From positions 4,030,001-4,094,000 of the forward strand of contig CM119384.1 in assembly GCA_051294905.1 (NCBI GenBank): a stretch of DNA of 64,000 nt. The letters run 5' to 3'. Below, piece by piece: positions 47,929-63,034 of this stretch (its first letter is position 1; every line of letters begins with the position of its first letter). The stretch is from Botryllus schlosseri. Taxonomy: Eukaryota. The translations under genes were made by a program, and so were the position numbers. The notes under the pieces are model-generated. The model was not told where the DNA came from. It saw only the letters and a program-made list of their open reading frames with translations, and did not search any database.

Positions 47929-48094
47929 ATGGGGTTGAAATGGAATCATATCGCGCAAGTTATCATTCTTATATTAGCCCTGAGAGCTTTGCACATGGTC
48001 TCCGCAGCGACGAGGTCGTGCGCTGAAGTGCGCCGGCATTTTACTGCCAAAACGATAGGGCCGGACGGGATCGTACCACGCTTACCAGTTATAG
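47929..48094 (+). CDS. GPC3/5: Glypican exon 1: signal peptide + SCAEVRRHF.. (GPC3/5/Dally-like)
   Basis: Hydrophobic leader followed by the glypican N-terminal SCxEVRxxF motif; phase-1 donor G|gtgagt. Confidence 0.88.
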
Positions 48095-51000
48095 GTGAGT
48101 ACTTATTGCTTAAATTACAGTTTAGCATTCTCATCCAGGTGTAGTCGCGTTATATTATATGTTGAAAGAGATTGATTACAAATTTGTATTGGATCAATCA
48201 TCAATAGTATTTTGTAATTTTACGGATTATTTTTTAGTGTTGTATCATAAACACAGCGCATTTGAATAGGAGAAGAATAGGTCCTCCAAGTGTACAGTAC
48301 AAATATACGTGCAGGCATATGGTGGACCATATTATATTAGTAAATTGGCGGTGTATGTATCGGGATTCTCAGTAGTAGCGAAGGTTAACGCCGGTTCTCA
48401 CTGGTCAGCCGTGGTATGCGTGGCATATATTAAATACTGACACATTGCTCACTTGCTCAGCTCAACTCCCCACGGGAATGCACCGACAGTTTATATCGTA
48501 AATTGAAACACGACTGACTGTCAGTGATAGTTAATTGATATCATTTATTAACCTCGTAATAATGTATAGTTGTACTGTACGCGTACGCGGAATACAACGA
48601 AATGGTTGTAGGTCGTAGGCCGTTCTTGGCAGCATTCGCGCTTGGTGCTACATCAGATATACGCTGGCAAAGTATTGTCCAAATTCAACATGTTTATCAT
48701 GTGTATACTGTTGTGAAACATGTATTAAATACTGATTTTTCATATGGCTGACGTAATACGCGCGGTGCCCCCTCGGGGGTCATTTACTCATCGCGTTGGA
48801 AACCCCGAAACTCCTGGGCGATGAGCGAGTACAAAATCATACGCCATGTATTTATTATTTACGTCACGCCCAATTAATTTCGAATTATTCCTAAATCGTT
48901 GCTGAGTATACCTGGCTATCGACTGCGAGCTTGCTTGTATGTGACACCTGTCAAATTATTTGGATAATAATGGGTACGATTACGTTTGTCTGATTAAAGA
49001 TCGTTTCTCTTAAATTCATAGTATGCGCACCATGACACTACGAATGTATTTCGTGACAATGACATGGACGTTAGTCTACTAAAGCCCTACAAATTCAAAT
49101 CTTACATACATTTTTGCCTGACAGAGTCCGAGTATATTCGCCATCAATACTGATGGAATTGAGTCTAAGCAAGTGCTTGATAGTGTTAAATAGTAGCCGC
49201 ATAACTTTATTTTTGAAGCAGTTTTCGTTGGCTTCGTTTAAACTTCATTCATTGCTATTTGGTGGATATTGTAATATCCGTGCAGAATATCAATGAGTAA
49301 TATGGGAGATGTTTCTGAGTGTAATTGCTTCATATCGTTTTTCGCGCTGTAGGAGTAAACCGATAGTTTATCTATCTATGTTACGGGTTACGTTGGGTTC
49401 CTTCGATCGATGTTTTGGCGATCTTATCAGATAACGGTCGTTTGACTACATGTTCGAGAATGTGACACTTCGACCATGCCCAACTTAAAGTACAGGTTGA
49501 CACTAAAGTAGAAAATGCGATCAAGGGGATCGAAATGACAAAACTCCTTGCGTTTCGAATATATGCCATGGTCGGGGTGTAGAATACCAAATGCATTGTG
49601 TATTGAATAGATTGTAGTAGGCCACACAGTCTAATACCAAGTAGCTTCGCCCTTAACACTGATTTGGGAACTTTTTAATCGTGGGTTGGGTACACAAATT
49701 CGCCAATATAATTAAACGTAGAGGGAGAGAGATAAATAGTTCATATATAGGTTTCTACGTTTCTACAATAAAAGTATACAGAAATTTTCACACAGTGATT
49801 ACACTTGCACAGCAAATCATGAGTGTAACTTCTATAAAAGAAGATTTCAAACCGCTATGATAATTAGCGCAACTTCATATATCCTGTAAACTAAACAATT
49901 GAGAGATTTTTTACTTAGACTGTACTGTAAAGATAATATATATCGGTGAGCGAATTTTGAATCGTCATTGCTTGCCTGTCACCCCTAAAAGACTGTGTAA
50001 TTTCATGTATAGATGACTTATTTTTGGAAGCGCCTTATGATAAATATAGTTTGCATAATCATACACTTGTAATACCCAATAATCTGGATGCTATCTTCCC
50101 ACGTGTAGCTTCCGTCCTATTCAATTATGTGGACTTTCTTCGTTGAGCAAATACCGGTTTCCGTAATTCTCCGTTGTCAATATATTAGCTGTATTAATTT
50201 TCCTGCGTAAGCCCTACGTAAAGTCTTGTGTGGCGCTTGTTGTTAACTGCATGTAATCTGAGATTTAGCACGAGTTATCCCGCAAATGGTAGAGTCGCTT
50301 CGAGTCCGATTTACGGCACTTTCGTTTTCTTTCGTCTCGGTGGCGAGGTGCCGAGCTGGCGCCATATTATAACCCAGATCGGGGTCAATTTCCAAACGAT
50401 CCCTTTTCAAACATTGACAAAACCTTTCCAGCGGCGAGATTGCCGATAAAATCTACTGCGAGAGCTGTTGCTATTCTCAGATGCTAAGCATAATCCGAGC
50501 CGTATACGGCAGAGCGTCGACCCCCTTTTGATGTATATCGTCTGCCGATATAATCGCATCAAATGACCAGGTAAGGTGACTCCGCACGTTGTTAGTGATT
50601 TAGTTGTAAACAAACCGTTGGAAAACTATAAACCACATCATCGGTGTACCGAAATATCATCTTCAAACACTGTTGTTGTAGTCAGGATTGATATGCCTAC
50701 CATTTTAGATGAGATCTTCCCCTCATCGTGTGTCAGAATTTCATTTATTGTATGATTTCGAAATGATTTACGTCAGATATTGTTAAAATGCAGGGCGAAT
50801 AAGGGAGCACGATATTTCCGTATTTTCTCCCATGAAATGTAACATCGATTTTTGATAATTGATTACGACTAGTCGGCCGCTCTTGGCACTATGACTGCCA
50901 TCACATATACAGTATTATGCTTATTTATGCGTCAAACACACTTTGGACGTTTTATATCAGCATATCCACTGCATCGAAAACACATGTCCAGTGTTATTAT

Positions 51001-52859
51001 AAACTCGATAATTTCTGCTGTTTCATGCCGAGCTCCCATACCCTAAAAGTCCATTTCAATCAATCAATCACTTTTATTAAAATTTCCATCACATCAAAAC
51101 AACAAGATAATGAAACAGATCGAAGGGTGTCGAAACGACTTGGGAGTAGTCTCCTAATCAGACGTTCACCTTGACCTCATTGGTTACATTCACCAGCAGT
51201 TTATACGGAATGAACGAAGCCTTTGTGATAGTATATGTTGTTATGTGTGAATCAGTCGTTAAAAGGGTACATAAATGTAAATTAGTTAGCTATGGCAACT
51301 TAGTGGCCCCTGTCAGACATGTATGTTTTCAATTCCCGTAGTAACAAGCCAGTAAACATCGACTAGTATACATTATGCCCTGCTATCTTTTTCCTGTTCA
51401 ATTAGTCCGGTTTGCCAACTGGTAAACACGTTGGAAAGCAATCTACAGGCCTTGTTTGAGTTTCTTATCACTCTCAAACCGTTTATAACCGAGCTGTGGA
51501 TGCGCGCAACAGTTCTGCAAACGTGGAATGTAGTTCGGTCTTACCTCGGACCCCCGTAATAGGTCAAGAAAATGGCGTCTTACGAGTTACCATTGCTGTC
51601 GTTATGAAATCTGAACGCAAATTGTAGCTAATGAGAATATGGTTGAATCTTTCACGGACTGACAGTATTCACTGTAAGCCGTAGTCATAAACGCACTACT
51701 GTTGGTAATGGATGCATCAGAACGGTCTGCGTGTAATGTGCTGGCATTATTCACATTAATTGCACTGTAACATTACCTTGTATGTAAGGTTCGTGTGTAT
51801 ACGTGTGCATCAGCGATAAGTATTTTTATCCTATCCATGCATCTGGTGATAATATTGAAATTATTCGAATTTCTCAGCGTCTAATTGTTTTTTCGCTCTA
51901 ACATATAATCGAAATGATTGCATTAATCATGATTCTTTTCTGTGGGTAACCACTGCTATAGCATAAATTTGTTGGACATAAGTTTTGTTCAACTATGAAT
52001 AGATATGCCACTCATTTTGTCAGCGGCAATGCGGCACATACCGGTCCAGACTCTGGCAAGGTCAATGGCAGCCTTATTAGTTATGGCGATATGCATTCCC
52101 ACTCCACATCGATTTATATGTGCTTCAAAATGGACTAATCAGATCAATCGATACGACTTGAGTATATTAGCGTCGGTGTTGGATGAGTTTGGTTTAATGT
52201 CAACTCCGTTCACGATATGTTTAAACGCGCTACTACGCAATGAGACGATTAAGTTCACGACCCACACCTTTTTATGCGTATTTAATGGTCACTACATAAA
52301 CTCATTCGTAGGCATGGCCTGATTCATATGCAAGTATATGGAAGTATTATAGTGATTTCTGTGTATTCTGTGCATATCTTCATTCATTTTCAAGTTGCGG
52401 TACGTCATGAAGCAGCGCATTGAGCGCCTTCTTCTCGTAAAAATCTACGAGCCTTCGTAGTGCGTTTGCACAGACCCGCCGACTGCGATTACAGCGGCGC
52501 CGGTGTCGTCTGTCCAACATGCAGCACTCTGTTTGCTGTTGCGTTGTAACTTGACTATATTGATAACGTAATAGTCAGTCGTATCGACGGATGTCGTATG
52601 TCACAGAGATTTTATAATATCTTCACTCCTTGACTGACGTTCTGAAATAATTCTCTTCTCTTGCTCAATGTCCAATTGTCCATACACCCTCGAAAGATAT
52701 GTCTTGGGACGAACTAAACGTTTGCTGCGATACGCATATATTCCGAGTGGAATCGCTATGGACATAAACAGAGATACAATTTCATGTAGCTGACTAACAT
52801 GTTGAGGTTCTATCGTTCGGGCAATACTAATCGTTTCTATACATAGAATAGGATGTTAT

Positions 52860-53110
52860 ACATTTTATTCTTGGTGTTTTTGCGGCATGTGCACAATACA
52901 CCGACTCGTGATATGCTTGCTGCAATCTGTGCACTGCATATGCCGCTGGACAATGAAAGTGCAGAAAATAGCTTTGTAAGGCTTTCGAAGTCTTGCACCA
53001 CCCCCACGCTATCCCGGAAATGGTGAGCGCCAAGCGGGGAAGCCAAATATACCAGTTTTACTAATCTTTGATCTGACCCGGTCGGGGATTGAATCCACGA
53101 TCTACCGATC
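52860..53110 (-). mobile_element. tRNA-derived SINE remnant (same family as 19105-19390)
   Basis: B-box-like ggattcaatccc; shared core ccgggtcagatcaaagattagtaaaactggtat..ggcttccccgct. Confidence 0.55.
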
Positions 53111-55180
53111 AAGAAGCCTATCCTATCTTGTCAGTTTAGAGCTCGGTGACCTCGGAATTACCAGTATTACGGCATCACCTGTTTTGAACTTATACGACAC
53201 CATTATGAGTTGAATATTGTTATTCAATTGTAAATTTCGAACAATGAACATAAGCCTTAAACCCGAATTACATCGGTCCAACAGCATACGGATTGTGCGA
53301 CATTGATCATTAATGTTACGGTTTCCTTCATAAAAATGTTTCGTCGCTATTAAATATAAGATTGTCTATTCCGTAGATGCCGTGCCGGGCTGACTGTTTG
53401 CTCTGGCGGAGCAATATGTTATAATATTGAGAAATGGGATGCAGTAAATGTGATAATATCGAGCCTATATGTGCAATACACGTAGAATGTAGATCGATAT
53501 CTAAATTCTATGGAAAATGTATGTACTGTACAGTGCAGGTACACTGGACAGTGGACATGGACATAGGGCAATGTTTTTAATCAATGCTTACTCAATGACT
53601 ACTGATATATTCAATCATTGCCATGTTACATGTACTTTATCCCAAGTTTATCTCAACATGCAGTAGCTATACTGGTATCGCCCAGTCTTTATTGGTATTT
53701 TCCCTAATTTTACAAGGTCTCAATTATTGTAATACATGAATTCGTACTCGACTTAACTCCGCGCGAACATCAACGACTAAGTTGTGTTTCTGTTGAGCAC
53801 TTACCACCCGGTACGGTACATGTTGTGCGATATTTGCGCCTCAAGACAGTAAAGGATACGCAAACAACTAGATATGATAAAACCATAACGCCAGGCTAGT
53901 AATGTGAAAAGCAAATACTCTTCGGAAATTACTATTGCATAGAGTAGGCATCGAATTACGCCAGCATTGGGAGGTAATACATGAGATACGGAGTACAACA
54001 TCACACAGTTACGGAGCCCTACTAGAGAGTTCAAACAGGATTTACTAATTCCGACCCTGTTGCGTCATCAATAAAGATTTCTTCGATTATTTTGGCTGCA
54101 TAGCGATGCGTTACTATCGAAGATATTGATTTTCGTTCATCCAAGACGCGTTAATTAAAATTATTGTCAAAAGTTATGTATGTCAAGTGCTCAGTGTTCA
54201 TATTCAATAATGCAGGTTTATAAAATTATCGTATTCGCCCTACATGAGATCACACTCCAAGTTGAACACGTGAACAGCTGTGGCCTGTGATCACTTTTGT
54301 ACGTACAATGTACAGTAAATGTCTTTTCGGTACGCCACATATTTTAATGGCAGAGGATTAGCAGACGCGGATAAAATCTCGACGTGACCACAAACAAATG
54401 ATTCTGTTCTTCGTGCTGTCCATCTATGTGAACAATGGATAGCCTGATAAATTGTCGATTTTTGACAGTAATCATCATATAGTGGGCTTGAAAACAGTTC
54501 CGCGGTCATATTTTTGTCACTCGCCAATTTGGAGAGGTTCAAATGAAGAGTTAACAATTGCTGTGATGTCATATAGGTACAACGTATCTGTCAACCGGTA
54601 CAACATACCTGTATGTAAACAAGAATGTTATCTTTTTCATTCGATCGCAGATATCAATGTTTAATTTCAATTTTCGTCGGAGCCCAGGGAACTTCAGTCA
54701 CACCGCGGAAGCACGTTTAGCTGCAACCGCTAATGTAATTTTGATGGCCTTCTGATTTTATGATCCGGCGTTATCTTTGACTAGACAGCTACCGGTTTGG
54801 TCGCGATGTGTAAGGGCGTTTGTACTTAGTACTTACCTACGTGACCTCGCTTTACTGCAGTGTTTGAGCGAGATTATACGACCTTTTCCAACCTACGCTG
54901 AGTACTACCTGTTATAAATTATGTTTGCGTGCAATCCGTATATGCATCTACTTATCTCGTGCGGGTCTGATCCACTCGCGGACTGTTATGTGGGGATGGT
55001 AGGGTAATGCAATATTGGCATTTGTCAATATAGTGTTCCTTATTCCAATCGAATAATATATTCAATAACATCTTCGACTTACAGTTGTTAGGTGTAATCG
55101 TCAGCAACTAGCATGGCATGTGCATTGTTCATCACCGCACTCATACGCCGAACGCTATAGACTTTTTTTTCTTTTTTCAG

Positions 55181-55342
55181 CGGAAAACCTACGAGTCTGC
55201 CCGAACGGAGTGCACTCGTGCTGTAACAGTGAAATGGAAACGCACTACGCCAAATCTGCAAAGCAGGTGGTCGAGGTGGCGCTGCACATGGGAACTTCTA
55301 GTTTGAGATTCAATTTTGATTCGTTTGCGAATCATTTCCAAC
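55181..55342 (+). CDS. GPC3/5: Glypican exon 2 (AENLRVCPNGVHSCCNSEMETHYAKSAKQVVEVALHMGTSSLRFNFDSFANHFQ)
   Basis: LxVC..xCCxxxME motif of glypicans; long polypyrimidine acceptor; gtaagt donor; phase 1-1, in frame with exon 1. Confidence 0.92.
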
Positions 55343-57997
55343 GTAAGTTCAGGTTATGGCGTTGGTGACCGAATCCTTGCCCGACTGCGCGTGCGCGTGT
55401 TGCTTTCGATACCGTGTATGGGTGATACCGCAAAGTCAACATGCGGTAACGCCACAGCGACAAACTTTTTGTGAAGAACCTATGGCCATATAGTATCGGT
55501 AACTTTTCCTTGTATTTCTTTCTAATCGGGAATATAGTTCAATTTCCACGTTTTTGGGGATTCGGTCATTCTAATTCTGAACTCATTTGCAAAAAAACTG
55601 TGTCCCTACATTTCTAATTCTAATCTAATATGGAAAAGCTGTAATATTTCTGGTTGCCCAACTCTATGTCCTGTTGTAAAAGTGTTATATCTTGATGTTT
55701 CGGTGGTCTTCCATTTATATACGCTTTTCCTGGCTCTTTTCATTACCCTATCTTTCTCTGGGATTCTCGAACAGCGACACATATCGTGACTTCTAGCGAT
55801 ATCAGTATTCAAATTCCGACTTGCCTGTGATTTTTGCCGGCGCGCTTTACACTTTAACATTGAAGACGTTAACATTGAAGATAGGCGATTCGAGTTCAGA
55901 AACGTCAAGTGTACACACCGGCAGATTTCTAAAATTCCGTGCCAGATTAGATTCGGCGACCTTTCAAGGCGAAGCGAACTGACGTTTTGTTGATTTTTGT
56001 GATTGGATAAATGCTTATTTGCGGGCCTACTGTTCCTCTGCGCTCCCGCGAGATTAACGTAACGCGGGCTGGTGTCTCCGACATTGCCGGTAATGTAATA
56101 CGCTCGTGTTTAGAGAAATATCTCGCTCTGTTTTGTCTTGCGCGGGTACTCTCTGTTTCGGTTTGTGATAAGAGCATCCGGTGTTGAAGATAACGGGTCT
56201 GTAACATTTCAGCTTAGTATTTTGTCACGCTGGTGAAATCGTAAGGAATGTAGCTATAATAGCTATAATTCTAATTCTAATCCAATTCGAAAAAAAGTAT
56301 GCTACCAGGTTTAGGTCAGACGACGCCCTCATCAATTGACAATGCGCTAGAGCTGGGGTCAGAGTCCTACAGAGTATTGTCAGGCACGTCGCACCACGGG
56401 GCTCTAGTTTCTGTCGTTGCGAGATGTGCCTCTGAGCCGGTGTAATCCTCACCATAATACCCCGTCTGGCTCGCGCTATTCTGTAGTTTACCGAAGTTTG
56501 CGGTGCAATTTTCCGCGTTATGACACCGATTTCCTGCGGCTCGATGCGATTAGGCTATATTTACGTGACGAGCCTGCCCTGTAATTGCCGGTGAAATGTA
56601 GCGTAATGGCGGATTACCTACACGACACTTCCGAATCAATTCGCTATACGATGAACTGTCGGGAGTGATTAAGGCGATAATACTAATGTAATAGTGTATT
56701 TATCTAAAGATTGTTGTAAGAAATAGTGGTATTACAAACCTCCATGCGAGGATATAAGCCAGGGATATCTAGATATGCCTGACATAAGCAGACGAATTTT
56801 GAAAATGTTTGCAGCAGGTACGCTGATACGCATGGCCGTGATTGGCAGTTAGCGCATGGTCTCCACGACCTTGTATTTTTTACGAATGTAACCCGTAATC
56901 GTGACCAAATCATTACTAAATCCTTAAATTACACAATTTGACTTACTCCAATCTTTTAAATTCTTCATATCGCGGCACGGGGCGTCAAATTTTCTGGTCA
57001 TGGAATACGTTAGCCTAGCTCTTGAGTAAATAGTGTATCTTGATATTGTAGTATAAGCAAAATAAGTCAACAGCTAGCGACTGACCCCTGGCCATGATTA
57101 CGCCAATGGAACTACACTTTTTGGTATGTCTTCCTGAATTTGATGAGTCAGCGTTTTGTGCTGGGTATCACATTCACTGCTCCAGAACTAATACGAAAAT
57201 ACCGGTGTTTTCGTACAGTATTAGTGCTCCCGCTTTCGAGGGTATCAATTGTACGGTGGGGTAACGTGAAAATGCATCCTTACACCATTACCTTGTATGT
57301 CTTTATGACGTCACTGATAACGTCAATCTCGAATGGTCACGGATATATTGCACTGCTGGGATTGTGTTTTGATTACTATGTATCCTCTTTTCTGTGGAAC
57401 ATATTTTTCGGAAATTGTCTGATAAGCCCAGACTTGGTTCTATTGCCTTGGTCGTATGCAATATCCTGTAATACTATACGTTGTAATCGGGCACTCCATG
57501 CTGATAATCGCCAAAAACCAATGTTCCAACACCGTACCCACTGCTGTTTCTTGCAGAAATTCGGTTTACTCAGGGCGTTTACTTTACGGAACAGTTGTTT
57601 GCAACGACACTTGAAATTTCACGCCGGACCCGGGATCAGCCGGGAGATAAACGCGAACCGGTCAATTGCTTTCTGTCGATAAGACGATAGCCGTGCCCGT
57701 TTCCAAACCAAACGTAAACAGTGATAAGCCTCGCCAGGCGGCAACCTTTTTGCGAGATGGTTTCGTGGTTTTGAAGTTTTGAAGTTTGGTAAATGGATAC
57801 TTTGCCGCGGAGTTCGTGAGAACTGTTGTCGTAAGTAGCTAGAATCCAGGACTGCCCTCATTAATGTTGCCAAACCCCTGTCATACGCGCGAGTCACGCG
57901 CAGCAGGTAGGCGCTGTAGTTTGTTTTACGGTACTGCGTACACCACCGGTATGTGTACACAGTGACCGGCTGTGAAGACGCAAGTATCCGGTGATAG

Positions 57998-58268
57998 TAG
58001 GGTTACCATATTTTGGAAATCTGAAAAGAGGATACTTTTTCAAAATTTTCATCATACTTGCAAATCCGGACGAAAATCCTGAAAAAATGGTAAATTTTTC
58101 CCACTTCGTGGTGGGTTGACTAAAAAAAAAGTCAATTTTCCGGCTCAGCTCCAAAAATACAGTCAAAAGAAGAGATCAGCTTTCCGGCCCAGCTCCCAAA
58201 ACACCCGTTTACTTCAGTGCTGATTTACTGTTAAAAAAGAGGACACTTGGCCATCCTCCGAGGACACT
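57998..58268. mobile_element. Truncated tagggttaccata-family MITE
   Basis: Left TIR tagggttaccatatttt plus aaagaggac and tcctccgaggacac motifs shared with 7926-8701. Confidence 0.7.
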
Positions 58269-61176
58269 AGTAATGACTCTGAGCTGGCATTGGCTGCAAT
58301 AACATCACACAACAGAACATTGTTATCGCGATTCATGCCAAGCGACGACACGTGTTTTCTAGTTGTTTAGCACTCAAATTATTTTTAATGCTCAACTAGT
58401 GCTCGTACTTTAAAACTACTAGCATTTCAAAATCCGCAACTACAGCTAGAACAAGAACTACTAGCAGTTAGTTGATCGCCAACTAACTATAGATTAATAG
58501 TCTGTACTAACCTTACTAGAATGAACTTCTTCCAAAACCGGGATGGGCGAAGAATCTATTTTCTAATCGCCCGGTTCAGGAATTCAAATCTCGCGACTTT
58601 GACCGATGCTAAAATCCAATGCTGTGGTTCGACATTGTGATGCCGTCATTGCTTTGTATTAAACTCTGTTTATTTGGGGATTGGGGATACTTTCTAAACA
58701 CTAGCGCACCTTTTGTGCGGCGAGAACGCAAGAAATCATCGCGCGGAAGAACCGTAACGACACGACGCGTATGTTTGGCTTCCGCGCAGTAACACGGGAT
58801 TAGTAAATGCCCAAGAATGCAAAATAGTTATTGCATCATCGTCCCTGGGTGCCTGTGGCTATCGGTATTGGTTGAGGGTATGGTTAAATTTCTATCAACG
58901 CTATTGGCTATTTCATTACCATTGCGAGTCTTGGTAGGAAGTTTACACGGCATGTTGGGAGACAGTATTTTGATATCTCTTTTTGGGAGTATATTATCCT
59001 CCGTGGCGAATGTGTGATTACGATAGTGGATATCAAACTGACAGCCTCATAATCTGTTTACAACAAGTCATTAGGAATATCTTGCGCAAATATCATCATT
59101 CGTCCAATCGTTGAATCATGGTTGAGATATTCGGATAATCTAGCGTTCCGCAACTTTGAATTCCCAAATTTATCTTCCTCGACTCTACGTTTACCGAGAT
59201 TAGTCACCATTCCCGCTACAGACGCCTCCGAAATTGGCTTCGCGCTGACTTAACTCGGGGCGGGTTTTTGGTGTGCCTGTATCGGGCCGGCACACTGATC
59301 ATCCGAAATTAGACTGTTGTACTTGCGCATTATATTGGCGGTTGATACGTGTGATTATCTTTTATTGAACCATGTATTGTAGAATGAACTATCTCCATTA
59401 TAAGTAGCTCAGTACGGCATGAAAGTGCCCGGATTGCGGTCGTACCCATACCCATATATACCCATTGTAAAATCAAATAGTATTTTCATATTGAAATAAA
59501 TCTGAACATATTCGGGTGACATCGTCAGGGGTAATCGTCAGCAACTAGTTAAGAATTGGAAAGAAAATTGTATATTAACAATCAACAATGTCGACAATAC
59601 AATGTCCTTTCCAATTCTCTACTTGTTGCTGGCGATTACCCGCGACGAGAGTCGGTCGAAATTATTCGGGTTTATATCAATTTGAATATACTACTCAATT
59701 GTAAACTGAAGTTCTGTACCTCCAAGAAGCTCTTCTAAAACACACGGATTTCTAGCAGCACGTAAATAGCCGATGTCGAGTACATTTGCTATCGTTTTGA
59801 TGATAGCTGCGAATGTATCGCAACGTTAATTAGGAACCCTGCCTCCGACATAATCAAAATATAGGAATGCCGGTTGATCTGTTACACCTGCGAAGGTGAA
59901 CTCTACAATAGACAGAAAATTATAGTGTCTCAAGCGGACACCCGTTATCAGTTGACCGTACCTTGACGGAGTTATAATTTGTGGGAGACATAGCGTAAAC
60001 CATCAACCGTCCACGGGATTTCGTATTTCGGATACTCCGCGGCACTGTCTCGAGTTGTTTTGTTTATTTTGACGTATTAAATTTCCCTTATTAATCATAC
60101 ATTATCCGCGACTTTGTTGAATAACGAGGTACGACGGTTTCGTGAATGGCCGTTACCCGTGTTTGAACTGAAACAAGCTACCCTACGCAGACTAGGACGG
60201 CTGGGTAATGCTAGTTGCCTATTTACGCAAATTAGAGCGAAATTTCGGTGTCTAATTTGTGTAATGTCTCTACGCTCTGATTTTACCTCTAATCCAATTT
60301 CTGCTTTTCCTGAAAATGCCCCAGGAGAACTATATAGTCAAGCTTGGTGTACAGTGTACACTGTACAGACATTTTTGCAATTTGCTATGAACTGAACGTG
60401 ATTTTTGTTGTATTTCTTAGTAATTCGGATTTTAACTCCATTTTCAAGTTTTTGCGACTCCTGCAATTCTAATTTTAATGTAATATGGAAATGCTAAAAA
60501 TTTTCCAGTTCGCGAACTCTGACCCAACACAAGCAAATTGATTGTCCCAACGCTGAAACTACCCACCGATAAAGCGATGACCCACTTCGACATCCAATAA
60601 AGAGATTTTTGTTTTGCAACTCATTTCTCGGAAGCATTGCTTGTATAAATACACCCGACATTGTTTCCAAGCCCAATTTCCTTGTGGTGAAGTGAGCCGT
60701 GAATTGATTCGAAATGTGGCAGCCCGGTTGTGTGTCCAACTGCGTCACGCACCGAGTCTGGAGACATCCTTGATTAAGTCGAGCAACGTGTCTCACCCGC
60801 GAGCAATTCATCAGAGGCGATTCCCCGTGGTGACAACTTTGTTGGGGAAGTGTTGGCATTATCAGATTTTCCATTTACTCGCCCGGACTTTATTGCACTG
60901 GTGAAAATAAGTAACGTTCTCTTCGCGTATCGCTTGTGTATGGGTGGGTATATACTCCGTAGTTGTTACAGATCAACTGAATCACGTGCCTACTGCCGTT
61001 CTATAAAATCACGTATTAACCAGATACAAAAAACATCAAATTCAATGTGATATATTTGAATATTTCGGGGGGGGGGGGGCGTAACCAGATGTGGTTGAAG
61101 TAGGCAGTGCTGTTACCCAAGCATTACAGGTAGAAGTAGCACCAGTTGTCATGACAAACTTCTTTATACTTTAGAA

Positions 61177-61639
61177 CAGGGTTGTAATGACCCGAGTCCG
61201 ACGCGAGTCGCGATTTTTGGTGACTCGAACTGACTCGAGTCATTTTTTCAAACGCGTTAAATGACTCGACTCGAACCAAGTCATTGACTCGAGACTAGGA
61301 CGGCCAGGACAGACATTTCACTGTAACTTTGAACAATAGTGAAGTTACCACATTATTGGTATTTCGTCTACAGTCCTGATACTTGGAATATTGGAATATT
61401 GGAAAATAACTATATTATGAATTCGAGTCATTCCATACCACTCGAGCAAACTTGAAAAAGTGGATTGAACCCGATTGAACTGAAAACTGAACAATGAACA
61501 TAATGACTTGGACTCGAGTCACAACACTATGACTCGGACTCGGACTTGACTCTGTGGTGAATTGAAAATGACTCGAGTCAAAACTATAAAAATGAGATTG
61601 ACTTGTGACTCGGAACCTTGTGACTTGGTTACAACCCTG
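61177..61639. mobile_element. Full-length gactcgagtc-rich hAT-like MITE
   Basis: TIRs cagggttgtaa / ttacaaccctg. Confidence 0.85.
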
Positions 61640-62561
61640 CTCTATAGTATAACGTGGAAGAAGTATGTATAGTTTTATCTAGAAACTGTTACATATCAGA
61701 GTAAAAGTAATAATCTAAAAAACATAACCACTTGAGTTGATTAATTAGCGAGAGAATTCAAAACGTACTCGAGTAGTCCGTCAAAGTAGAAGTACTTCCT
61801 TACTGACAACCTCTGGGCGTGTCTAATACTCGGACTCTATGAATCTGATTTAGATTAGAGTATAGGCCTACGGGAGGCATGATATGCTGTTGTTGTTCAC
61901 ACCTTTCGGACATCTCAATCTGTCGATTGATCTTCATCACAAAATATACCATGTGTACGTATGAATACATCCTGTATAGCTTTAGATGATAGTGTGTGAC
62001 AATGTATGCGTGAATTGGGTGGAACTAGGCACTATAGTTGATCGTGCACTTAATGATACTGGGAAGTTGTGTAATACTTATTCATGCACTTGTAAAAAAT
62101 GGTGTGTCATCGTGCGATTGAACAGTTGGATCCTGGAAATTTCATGATGCCATAATATGCGTCTCTAATGATCTACCGGTTACTTAAGACCAATCTTGAC
62201 TTTAGCCCAGGAAATGCGCTCACCCGAAGAACAGTTAAAGCATACATAAATCGTCTGCTTACAAACGACTATGACATTTCGGCACCGGTGTCTATGCGTG
62301 TGGCCCGACCGTGAAACATTGATCAATGACGTGGTATAAGCCCGGTATATCCCGTGTTTTTACAGCGGATCGAACTTGGCATGTACTCTTTGCCATTAGC
62401 GTATATTTTATTTCAGTCAACCTCAAAATCCGTTTTGGAAAGAGTACGTAAACATGGCAATGGATGACTAAATATGTGCATGTCCCGTAAGGTACATGGT
62501 ACACCGGCATTCTTATCAATATAAGGACTATAAGTCACCACCCAATCCCGTGTTTCGTATC

Positions 62562-63034
62562 ACGAGCTGGGCAAAATCGAGTACCTGATTTATTCGATTC
62601 TGATTCACCTATCATGCTTCGAGTCCAGTCGTATATTCGAGTATCACTCATTATGACGTCATAACGGAATGTAATAGATACTTTGGTAATTTTCCTGCCA
62701 TACTGATTTCATTGCGCTTTGTGGCAATGGCGGGGAATGATCTGATCATTGATCATGACTTCGGAAATGTGTTATTTCCAGTAACATTCGTAGCTTTGTA
62801 CTACTACTTTAAACCCTGTTGTTACGCATGCAGCGATACGGTCATTCGAGGTTTCAAGGCTTCCGCAATGAAAAATTGTATCGAAACTATAATTCTCGTC
62901 GATAAATTAACCTTCAGTGGCGAGGAGCGTATAATTTCAGTACTCGAAAAAATCGTCTTTTACTACTCGACTCGAACCATTAAATTTTAAACTCGATTCA
63001 GATTCGAGTACTCGAATCCATGTGCCCAGCCCTA
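62562..63034. mobile_element. hAT-like MITE with tcgagta/tactcga subtermini
   Basis: gctgggca / tgcccagcccta ends; left tip degenerate. Confidence 0.55.

Noticed and set aside
48765-48835. Small hairpins with gatgag and gaaa (hammerhead-like?)
   Set aside because: The required CUGANGA core and three-stem geometry are absent on both strands.
57140-57682. 180-aa ORF (also 22399-22836, 145 aa)
   Set aside because: Non-ATG start, intronic, no recognisable motif or splice framing.
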